Below are positions 42,458 to 52,690 of a stretch of DNA of 64,000 nucleotides, in pieces (position 1 is the first letter of the stretch; each line of letters opens with the position of its first letter). The stretch comes from Lama glama. Lineage: Eukaryota. The notes below the pieces were generated by a model. The model did no database searches, was not told where the DNA came from, and was given only the letters and a program-made list of their open reading frames with translations. A program made the translations under genes and the position numbers. The stretch lies in contig CM052816.1 of assembly GCA_028534125.1 (NCBI GenBank), positions 14,324,001 through 14,388,000 on the forward strand, read 5' to 3'.

Positions 42458-43005
42458 GATATATATACCACACCTTCTTTATCCATTCATCCATTGATAG
42501 ACAGGTTTTTTCCATATCTTAGCTATTGTAAATAATGCTGCAATAAACATGGGGGTACATACATCTTTTTGAATTAGTGCTTTTGTTTTCATCAGATAAA
42601 TACGCAGAAGTGGAATTACTGGATCATACGGCAGTTCTATGATCCAGTAATTTCTTCAGGAACCTCCAAACTCTTTTCCATTGTGGCTGTACCAATTTAC
42701 ATTCCCACCAATGGTGCACAAGTGTTCCCTTTTCTCCACATCATCGCCAACACTTGTTATTTCCTGGGATAATACCCATTCTGACAGGTGTGAGATGATA
42801 GCTCACTGTGCTTTTGATTTGCATTTCCTGATGATTATTGATGTTGAATATCTTTTCAAGTACCTGTTGGCCATTGGTATATCTTCTTTGGAAAAAAGTC
42901 TATTCAGATCCTTTACCTACTTTCAAATGGTTTTGTTTATTTTTTGCTAATAGGTTGCAAGAGTTCCTAATATATTTTGTATTAACTCTTTATCAGATAT
43001 CCATT
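41870..43005 (-). mobile_element. L1 (L1MA-like) 3' region with internal (TG)n
   Basis: Antisense L1 3'UTR and ORF2 end; (TG)n at ~42410-42454. Confidence 0.9.
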
Positions 43006-43654
43006 TGTCATGTATATATGAACCCCCAAATATAAAAAGCAAGTGTAAATTTTGTGCTGAACTTTCTGAATAGTGAACATTTATTAAATAAGAAAAAATT
43101 CCCTTTGAAGGTTTCTGCAGTATGCAGTTGTTCATTTACCATTAAAAGATGATGGAGAATCAGCTGTAAACCAGCATATATTAAGGGCTAAGCATAAGAG
43201 ATGTATGATTTCCTCTAGTACTAAGGAAAGAGATAAGCTAACCATTTTTTGATTAAGAAAAATTCAGATTAAGAAGATAAAATAATCGCAAGGGAAATGT
43301 AAGGGTCTTCCACAATTGTATACCATCATCACTCTTTCAGCTCAAGTAAGTCTTTGGATATACTACTACAGTTCCAAAACTGCAAGCACATTTTCAAATG
43401 CTAGGATGAAATCTACTGCCATAATAATAATATAATAGCTCCATTTGTTACTAGAGAAATTATCAAACATCTAAATGTCTCACCTTTTTATGGCAAAGCC
43501 ACAATGCAGAAACCATTTTTCCTTCGTGCTGTACTTTTCTTCTGAAAAAGGCTTCCATATAATGCTATTGGAAGTAGAATCCCTTCCAGATGAGACTTCA
43601 GGAACAGTAGCAAATCTGTACACAGACTCTCTCACTGACTTAAGATTTAATCAT

Positions 43655-44985
43655 AAACACACACACACCCCAAAAACAAAAATAAAGGCACACAGGAAAC
43701 TTTTGGAGGTGAATATATCTATTACCTTGATTGTGGCGATTGTTTACCAAGGTATGCATACATCCATATTTATCCAGTTATACACATGAAATTATGTAGT
43801 TTTTGTATATGTAAACAAGACTTAATAATGCAAAACAAAACCACAATGAGTTATCATCTCACACTTTTCAAAATGGCTATTACTAAAAAGACAACAAATA
43901 ACAAGTGTTGGCAAGGATGCGGAGAAAAGGGAACACTTGTGCACAGTTGGTAGGAATGTAAGTTGGCGAAGGCACTATGAAAATTCCTCACAAAATTAAA
44001 AAGAGAACTATCAGACAATCCAGCAATTCCACTCTTAGGTATTTATCTGAAGAAAACAAAAACACTAATTTGAAAAGATCTATACACCCCCTTGTTCACT
44101 GCAGCATTATTTACAATATCCAAGATATGAAAGCAACCTAGGTGCCCACTGATAGATGAATGGATAAAGAAGATGTGGAATTATTCATAAAAAAGAATGA
44201 AATCTTACCACTGGTGACAACATGGATGGACCTGGACGGTATTATGCTGAGTGAAATAAGTCAGACAGAGAAAGGCAAATACTGTATGATTTCAACTTAT
44301 GTGGAATCTAAAAAAAGAAATGAACAAACATAACAAAACAGAAACAGAGTCATAGATACAGAGAACAAACAGGTGGTTTCCAGAGGGGAGAGTGGTGGGA
44401 GGATGAAACAGGTGAGGGAGATTGAGAGGTACAAATTTCCAGTTACAAAGTAAATGAGTCACGGGGTATGAGATGTATAGTGTGAGGAATATGGTCAATA
44501 ACACTGTAATATCTTTCTATGATGACAGGTGGTAACTAGAGTTATCATGGTGATCATTTTGAAAGGTACAGGAATGCCAAATCACTATGTTGTGTACCAG
44601 GAACTAACATAGTGTTGTAGGTCAATTATACTTCAAAAACAAACTCATAGGAAAGAAATCAGTTTCTGCTTTGTGCCTACCAGAGGCGAGGGGTAGCAGG
44701 GAGAGGGAGTTGGATGAAGGCGGTCAAAAGATACAAACTTCCAGTTATAAGATAAATAAGTACTAGAGATGTAATGTATAACATGGTAACTATAACTCAT
44801 ACTGCTGCATGTTATAAATGGAAGTTGTTAAAGAGTGAATCCTGTGAGTTCCTATCACAGGGAAAAACATTTTCTTTTATTTTGTATCTATGAGATGATG
44901 GATGTTCACTAACATATTGTGGTAATCATTTCATGATGTATGTAAGTCAAATCATTACACTGTACACATTAAACTTAGCTGTATT
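43655..44985 (+). mobile_element. Nested L1 3' fragments (L1MA9-like within an older L1 end)
   Basis: atgcaaaacaaaaccacaatgagttatcatctcacac...catggatggacctggacggtattatgctgagtgaaataagtcag. Confidence 0.88.
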
Positions 44986-44986
<1 letters not shown>

Positions 44987-45029
<43 letters not shown>

Positions 45030-45142
45030 GTAGATAGATAGGTAGATAGATAGATTTTTTTTTTAATGGAGGTACTGGAGATAGAACCCAGGACCTTGTG
45101 CATGCTAAGCATGTGCTCTACCACTGAGCTATTTCCCTCCCT
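44987..45142 (-). mobile_element. Vic-1-like SINE with adjoining (GATA)n microsatellite
   Basis: SINE body at 45055-45142; (TAGA)n at 44987-45054. Confidence 0.88.
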
Positions 45143-46544
45143 GCCTTTTTAAAATCAATTGTATCTTCATAAAACTGGAAAGAAAAAAATTTTTCCCATA
45201 TGAGTGCACACATTTTGAATGCTTATATCAGAATTTGACCAAAGTCAAGGTCAAGATGGAGTATTATCATTACCGAGTGAACTTCTTGGATATCAGAATA
45301 GAGCCAAAGTTTTATTTTTTTAAAAAAACAGTTAATGAGAAATTTTTACTACTTCTGTTGGAGGCAATACAAATATACCTTTTGGTGGATGTCTGCATAA
45401 AGGTACAAACAATGTTTATTTCAAGTTGGAAGAAAGTGTGAACAATTCTATGGAAGGTGCTGGTGGTCCTGCTCATGTTCTGCTTGACACCCCTCAAGAG
45501 TATCTGATGTCTTTTGTGTTGGGACTGAAGTCACTGTCATGAAGTGTTCTCCTACTTCAGCATTTATACTGTTAGGTTGAAGACTTTTTGTGATTCTATT
45601 GGCCTTCCGTTACTTTTTATTTCTCCCACATTCAAAACCCACTAGCTCTCTAAACACCATAGCTGAGAGAATCCTCCACTTATTTGAAGCACTGACATTA
45701 TGCTTCAATTCTCAGGAAAGGGACCCCCAAATTCTCGCTGACTCTTAAAATAATGCGTTGAATGAAGTCTATGTATTTCTTCTTCCTCCTTTTCAATGTT
45801 AATTAAGCGATATGATTATGCAATGGAAAGAGGAGTGAACCATGTTTCTGTAGTGCTTCGGTCCTTAAAGGAATGTGTTGAATGCATTGAAGAATCAATG
45901 GAAAATGTACCCCTTTTACTATCAAAGCTATTCTTAAAAGGGACAATATTATGTGTGAACAGGAAAATAAATTTTAGCCCAAAGTGGATAATTATTGCAG
46001 AACTTGCTAAGACTATGTTTTAAAATGAATTTCACCCACTGAAAAATTCAATTCTTTTACATGGATGTTACTAAATACTCTTTCAGCGTGGAAATGGGTG
46101 GAATCATCATGCGTAACGATGAAGGAAAATAGGAATAAAAATTGATAACAATGTTCCTTTTTGTTTGTGGACATTTAGAAGAGTTATTGATCAAGAGATG
46201 CAGTGTAACCCTGAAGAGTGGGAAAAGCAAGCTATGCTAGGAAAGATGGGATTATGGGCTTCAGCCAATGAAGTCTGAAGAGCAATTCTCGGAGCAGTTA
46301 ACTTTATGCCAGTAGATGCTGGCGCCCAGTGCTAACGCTGAGCACCATTTCTCATTAGTGAATGCTCAATGGCCAAGAACAAAATAACTTGGATGTGACC
46401 ACTAAAGAAATCATATTAAAATGTAAATTCAACATAGACTTAACTTCAAGGAATTTTATAAGCAAATTCTGTAAAACATGGAACTATTAAGAGGAGCCAA
46501 ATCACCAGGGAAATATAAAGAGAGGAGTTAGACACTTACCATTT

Positions 46545-46690
46545 ATTTCAGATAAACAAAAATATCCTTTTAGAGTATGTCTCATGCAATATTTTTCTTT
46601 CCTCTCAAAGTACCTATGCATAGGAAATTAGAAATAATTCAGATTTAACTGGGTGTCCTGTGTTTTTATTTCTTAGATTTGGAAATGACG
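46545..46690 (+). mobile_element. MER53-like hAT terminal sequence
   Basis: atttcagataaacaa...gtatgtctcatgcaatattt...aattcagatttaactgggtgtcctgtgtttttatttcttagatttgg resembles the recalled MER53 consensus. Confidence 0.65.
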
Positions 46691-47225
46691 ACCCCAGCCC
46701 CTGTGCCTCCATGCCTTTGATCATCCCTGTGTGTAATGCCTCCCTCCTACTCTTCAATGACCAAATCCTAACTCAAGGACCATCTCAAAACCCTAGTAAG
46801 AATTATAATGTTCCTTCAGTGACAACTAACTCAGTGCCAGGTTGTTCTAAGTGCCTTACATATATTAAATCATTTATTCCTCCCTGAGGTAATTACTCTT
46901 GGCAGGAACAGTACACACTATAAAGAAGGTGTTATTTTTCCTATTTCATGGATGAAGCAATCAGGGCATAAAGAAATTAAGTGACTTCCCAGAAGTTACC
47001 CAATCAGTAAGTGGTAAAGCTGGGAATCAAAGCCAAACATACAGAGTGGCTCTGGCATCCGTTCCTGGATATGCCACCCAAGCTCTGATCTGTGTGGCTC
47101 TCCTAGGGCTCAGACCTGCTTTCCCATTTACTGTTTGAACCATGCAATTACACAGTTTACTGTCTTTCCCTTGTGAAGGAGCCTGAAATCCCCAAATTTG
47201 TTCGCATTTCCCCTTTAAATGGGGA

Positions 47226-47752
47226 TATGCTATAGCCAAGAGGTGGAAGCAACCCAGTGTCCATGGACAGATGAATGGATTTTAAAAATATGGTTTATAT
47301 GTATTATACTGTGATATATATAATACCATTATATATATACATATTACACATGTACAAAGACACAACGGAATAATTTTCAACCTTTAACGCAAATTTAAGG
47401 AAAATTCCAATACATGCTATAACATGAATGGAACTTGAGGACATTATGCTAAGTGAAGCCAGTCAGTTGCAAAAAGACAGAAACCGTATGATTCCACGTA
47501 TATGAGGCACCCAGAGTAATAAAATTCATAGGGTCAGAGAGTAGAACAGCAGTTGCAGGGGCTGGGGGCACGAGGAGATGAGGTGGTTGTTTAATGGGTA
47601 GAGAGTTGCAGTTTTGCAAGATGAAAAAATTGTGGAGATGGGTTGCACAACAATGTGAGTATACTCTACTGAACGGTACACTTAGAAATGGTTAAGATGG
47701 TAAACTTCATGTTACGTGTCTTTGCCGCCATGAAAATTTCTTAAAAAGAAAA
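47226..47752 (+). mobile_element. L1MB-like 3' end
   Basis: gccaagaggtggaagcaacccagtgtccatggacagatgaatgg...tacacttagaaatggttaagatgg. Confidence 0.85.
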
Positions 47753-48197
47753 AAGGAATTTTGCCTCTCCCCTCCCTTCTGCTCCCTAAGAAGCCAGTTT
47801 TCGGCACTACCACATCTGGGTTTTTGAATGAGAGAGAGGAAAAGAGAGACAACCAGGACAACAAACCCAGGGATCTGCATCAAAAAGGACTGGGAGAAAT
47901 TCACTAAGAGGAAGAGGTGAACAAAGGCAAGTTGAAGGAAGGGCAGGCAGTCACCCACTTTGGCTGGCTATGAGAGGTGGGCTGTTGGGGCAGAGATTTT
48001 TTTGTTGTTGTTGGGAGGTTAGAATGAGTGGTAGAGAAAGGTTTCCTGGTAGCAGTAAAAGGAATGAAGGAAGAATTTTAAGATGTGCTCTGAGTTCTCA
48101 TTTGGATTCTCTTTGACGTTATTCTAGAGCCATTAGTAACAATTTTGGTTGGTTACTGGACTGTTTCTTCAAATATAACTCTGGTCAAAGATACTAT

Positions 48198-48279
48198 TAC
48201 TAGGTTAAAATACATGACATTGCCAATATTTAGTTTTTTGACCCAGAAAAATGACAACTTTATATGATTCAACCTAATA
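48198..48279. mobile_element. MADE2-like mariner MITE (~80 bp palindromic)
   Basis: tactaggttaaaatacatgacattgcc...gacaactttatatgattcaacctaata, degenerate inverted repeats. Confidence 0.75.
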
Positions 48280-48831
48280 ACTGATATTTATGGAGTAGTT
48301 GCCACGCATCAGGCATGGTTCCAAATGCTTTACTTGTGTCAACATATTTTAATCCTCACTACAACCCTATGAAATAGTTACTATTATTTCCCCTATTTTA
48401 CATTTAAGGAAACTGAGGCGCAGAGAGGTTAAGAAAGTTCTCCAGCTAATACATCAGTGATCTAGAATCGGAACCACGGAGCTCCAGAGCCAATGCTCTG
48501 ACACATGCAGGACTTTGGCTTTTATGTGCAAGGTCCTGAGTGAGGTGGTATGGGAAATGCAAAGATCAGTGAGATACAGCTGTCGGTAATAGAGGTAAGA
48601 CATGTCCTCAGATAATGAGAAGGCAGAAGACACCAAGTAACAGGAAGAAAGCCTCAGCAGAAGCCTGGGCAGGGGAGTCCCCCAACTCGGCAGAGGGCCG
48701 CACAATGTGGGAATGTGTGCGTGAGGATGGAGACTCTGGTGGGTCAGATGATGCATCTCCAAGCACAGGGGAGAGAAACAGGCCTTGAATCCCCTGCTCA
48801 GAACCTTCCCCACCTATGGAATTTTTCTGAC

Positions 48832-49370
48832 TGTGTTAGGTATCTATTGCTGCATTAACAAATTACTTCATAATTTAGCAGCTTAAAACCACAAATGTTT
48901 ATTATCTCACAGCTTCTGTGGGTCAGGAATTCAGGACTGACTTAGCTGAGTGATTCTGGTTCAGGGTCTCTCAAGAGATTTCACTCAATATACTGACCAG
49001 AGTGGTATACTTGTTACTACTGATGAACCAACACGTTATAATCACCCAAAGTTCATCGCTTACATCAGAGTTCATTCTTGTACACACCACAGTTTTAGAC
49101 AAATGTATAGCGACTTGTATCCACCACTATAGTATCATACACAATAGTTTCGCTATCCGGTAACCTCCATGCTCTACCTGTTCATCCCACCCTCTCCCAT
49201 AACTCCTGGCAACCATCGTGGTACTGTCTCTACAGTTATGCCTTTTCTGGAATGTCATATGGTTGGAATATTACAACGCATAGCCTTTTAAGATTGGCTT
49301 CTCTCACTCAGTAATACACATGTAAGTTTCCTCCATGTCTTTGCACGGCTTGATAGCACCTTTCTTTTTA
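48832..49370 (-). mobile_element. MLT1 LTR end (48832-48980) followed by an L1 fragment
   Basis: tatctattgctgcattaacaaattac...tttattatctcacagcttctgtgggtcaggaattc; then antisense L1 3'UTR. Confidence 0.7.
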
Positions 49371-50236
49371 GCCCTTATTGCAATTATTGTTGTCAGCCAT
49401 TAAGTTTTGGGGTGATCTGCTATGCCACAAAAGATAACTCAGTATCCTTCCAGAGTTTCTTCTAACTAGCCTCAGGGGAAAAAAGATATTTATTTTTGTA
49501 TTCACTCATTTATTCTCCCAACTGTTAAACCCAACAGAGGATATTCGGCTTTGGACATGGCTAGATCTAGGCAGCTCAAATGACACCGCAGAGCTCTGTA
49601 CCTCTTTTCTATTGGTTCTATTTTCTTTACTGGCAGTTCTAAGCTTTCCTAGATTTTATAGCTCAAGATTCTTGTAGAAGAAAGATATCTCTCCAAAATA
49701 CCAACAAAACCCCAAGGAAGACCTGAGTCATCTGCTGTAACAGTGAGTCATGTTTTTAATCTCAAGTCACAGAAAACTCTACCAACAGTGGCTATTCATT
49801 ATTTCCTTACAGGAAGTCCAGAAGTAGGAGGACTCGCACTGGTCAAACATCAAGGACTTAAGTTCTTTCTATCCTCCACTCTATCTTCATGCTTGTTGCC
49901 CCATAGTTATAATATAGCTTCCCCAGCTCCAGCCATCACATCTGTCTTCAAGACAGGAAGGAAAGAGAATACACAGAGACTATATAGATAACTGACATAC
50001 AAAAAAATTTGAGGGGAACTCAGAATTCTTTTAATTAATCAACTTTAGTTCCAAAGCAAGAGGATGGGTGGATGAGTGTGGGTAACAGTTGAAACCCAGG
50101 GATGGAGTGTGAGGAGCATGAGGAGGGCAGAAGGTTAGGGAAGAGAGCATTTCAGGGTTAGAGAGAGGCCTGTGAGGCGGATAGGAGGAAATCAGAGGTA
50201 ACCAAGGCTAGCCATGAATGCCAAGCTGTGCTAATA

Positions 50237-50548
50237 CAGTCAGCCTTCAGTATTGCCCGGGGATTGGCTCCAGGACCCCTGCAGATGCCAAAATCCACGT
50301 ATGCTCAAGTCTCTTACATAAAGTAACACAGTATTTGTATAATCTACACGCATCCTCTCGTACACTTTAAATCATCACTAGATTATTAATAATACCTAAT
50401 AAAACATAAATGCTATGTGAAGAGTTGCAAGAGCATAGCAAATTCAAGTTTAGGTCTTCTGGAACTTTCAGGAATGTTTTTTCGACTATTTTCCATCTGA
50501 GGTTGGTTCCTCTGTACATTCAGAACCAAGGATACGGAGGGCCCACTG
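50237..50548. mobile_element. MER2-like Tigger (TcMar) MITE
   Basis: TA|CAGTCAGCCTTCAGTAT...ATACGGAGGGCCCACTG|TA: terminal inverted repeats with TA TSD. Confidence 0.85.
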
Positions 50549-51479
50549 TATTTCACTTACTGCTCACAACAGCCACATGAGGTCAGTATTTCTTGATTTC
50601 TACTCAATGCCCGTGTTCCAGACAAGGAAGTTAAGAGCTGGAGAAGCTGAGAAATTTGCTTGAGTCACTCACTCAAGAAGTGGATAGCGGCCAAACCAGA
50701 ATTCAAACCCAGATCTTTCTGATTAGTCCCCAGGCTGACTCCAGAGCCTTCAGGCTTAACAGACACCTGCACTGATTCCCTACAGAAAGGGTAACTCAGG
50801 GGAAACAGGCCCAATTAAGGTCACATGAAGTCACTTCTGGGAAGATCTGAAGGCAACTGCTGTGGGCCAGGCCCGTGTTGTCTCATGTATCTGGAGGCTG
50901 GGGTGGGAACCTCACTGAGAAACATCTGCAATCCTCAGGCTGAGATGAGATTTCTACCTGAATTTAAAAAACAAGAAAACAAAACCCCCAAACCTACACC
51001 AACACTGAAGCCCAAGAACGAGACCCTCGAAGTGTACAGGTATTAGCTCCACGGCTGGGTCTCACCAGACGAAGCCCAGGCTCTCAAGGGGCGGGGCCGG
51101 CCGAATCGAGGGAACTGCACGGTGTGACCGCCCAGCTGACTGTAGTGTGTTCTCCTTTCTGTAAAATACGATGGAAGGATAGTCACAAAAAACTACTTTA
51201 ATCTAAACTGTTAGCAATGGTTATATCTCGGGGTAGGGAGTAAGTAGAGACCAGGGACCTAGCTTTTTCTCTAGTTTATACTGCTGCAAAGATTGACCTT
51301 TTTAAAAAAAAAAAGGTCAAGAAAAAATCCATTTTATTTAAAAGAAAAAAAGGAGTAATATCTCGGTAAATGACACGAAAAAAAAAAATAATAATAATAA
51401 TAATAAACTGAGGGCAGAGCCAAGCCCAACCCTAAAGGAAGAGATTCTGCTCTTTCTCCCCCGCCCCACCCCAAGCACT

Positions 51480-52050
51480 GAAAACCCGGCCTCAGCCGGC
51501 GGCCCCGAGAACTGCATTCCTGGGACCCCCAAGTCACTCTCCTCCGCCAAACCAGTCTCCCGGCCCGCCCCCCACGGCTGCTCCCGGGCCTGCGCGGCCC
51601 CGAGCGGAGATGAGAGGGTGGGCGGCCCCTGGCCCTCCGGGCAGAGCCCTCCCCGCAGCCGCAGCCCCTCGGAGTCTGCCCCGCGGGTGGAGCGCGGCGC
51701 CGCGTGACCCGCAGCCACGTGACCCGCGCGGGGCGGGGTCGCCGGCGTAGTCGCCACAGCAGCCGCGGGAGGTGTACGTGTAAGTGGGGAGTGGGGTCCT
51801 CGGGGACCCTCCTCGCGGGCGGGGGTCCGGTGCTGCCCCAGCCTCTGGCACCCCGGGGCCGGAACCTCAGCGATCCGCTCGGATCCCGGGAGGGAGGGGC
51901 GGTGGGCAGCCATCCGGGTGGGGAGAACACTCCTTTGCCCCCCGGACCGCGAAACCGGTCAGCTCCGCCTCGGGCCTTCCCACTCTGATTTGACCGCAGT
52001 GCGGGGGAGGGGGCCGGGGGCAGCAAACGCCCACCTTCCGGGGCAGCTAC
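51480..52050. promoter_or_regulatory. CpG island / TATA-less GNPDA1 promoter
   Basis: Very GC- and CpG-rich; GC box GGGGCGGGG at 51730-51738; E-box CACGTG at 51716-51721. Confidence 0.9.
51740..51779 (+). other. GNPDA1: Probable non-coding exon 1 of GNPDA1 (TSS approximate)
   Basis: Consensus donor CGT|GTAAGT (GT at 51780-51781) inside the CpG island, just downstream of a GC box. Confidence 0.7.
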
Positions 52051-52566
52051 CTTTACCCCGTGTTCTTCGGGGGAAACTGAAGATCCACAAAGCAAGGCCG
52101 GCAAGTGGGAGCACCTATCTGGTACTGAAAGAGAGCACACGTCTCCAGGCCCCCAGCTGCTCTAGGATGATCCCATGAGCCCTCTGTGAGGGCAAGTCGT
52201 GGGTAGAGTATCCAGCCACTTTCTCAGTTAACATTCAGCGTCATGAAATGTGTCAGGTAGGTGTTGCTGTCCCCATTTTTACCTAAGAGAAAACAGACTC
52301 AGAGACCTTGGCTCCTTTAATCAAGGTCCTGCAGTTGATAAATGAAGGAACCAGAATTAGAACTCAGGTCCGTCCTACAGCGGCACCTCCCGATGGGTGG
52401 TGGAGACGCTTGGCCCAGTGTGTTAATGCTCTGTGAACTGAAGGGGGCTTTCTTTTCTCTTGGCTCAGACAGCAAGAGTCCTCTCCCCTCCACCCCAACC
52501 ACCTCCACCCTTTTCTCCCCATCCCTTACCACCCATTCCTTTTGTCACCTGCCCCTGCAGGCCAAG

Positions 52567-52690
52567 ATGAAGCTCATCATCCTGGACCACTATTCTCAGG
52601 CCAGTGAGTGGGCGGCCAAGTACATCAGGAACCGCATCATCCAGTTTAACTCAGGGCCAGACAAGTACTTCACCCTGGGGCTCCCCACCG
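52567..52690 (+). CDS. GNPDA1: GNPDA1 coding exon 1 (exon 2; exon starts 52561)
   Basis: Polypyrimidine tract + CAG at 52558-52560; gccaagATGa start; donor G|GTGCGT. Confidence 0.97.

Larger units (their letters stand above)
43018..46520 (+). pseudogene. Decayed hAT-superfamily (Blackjack-type) DNA transposase, interrupted by L1/SINE insertions at ~43650-45180
   Basis: Fragments read across frameshifts in the expected order: BED-finger-like VCSCSFTI..NQHILRAKHK; HHHSFSS; NARMKSTAII..IIAP; FYGKAT(D)A.NH; YFSSEKG..LLEVESLPDETS; GGNTNIPFGG..KGTNNVYFKL; GGPAHVL (CxxH position); ANAEHHFSLVNAQW (dimerisation domain with catalytic E). Confidence 0.8.

Noticed and set aside
43018..46520. Domesticated (ZBED-like) functional transposase gene
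   Set aside because: Multiple stops and frameshifts, two of three catalytic acidic residues and CxxH disrupted, and L1 insertions in the middle.
51334..52140. 268-aa and 191-aa minus-strand ORFs over the promoter
   Set aside because: Low-complexity R/G/P-rich translations typical of stop-poor CpG islands; no recognisable domain.
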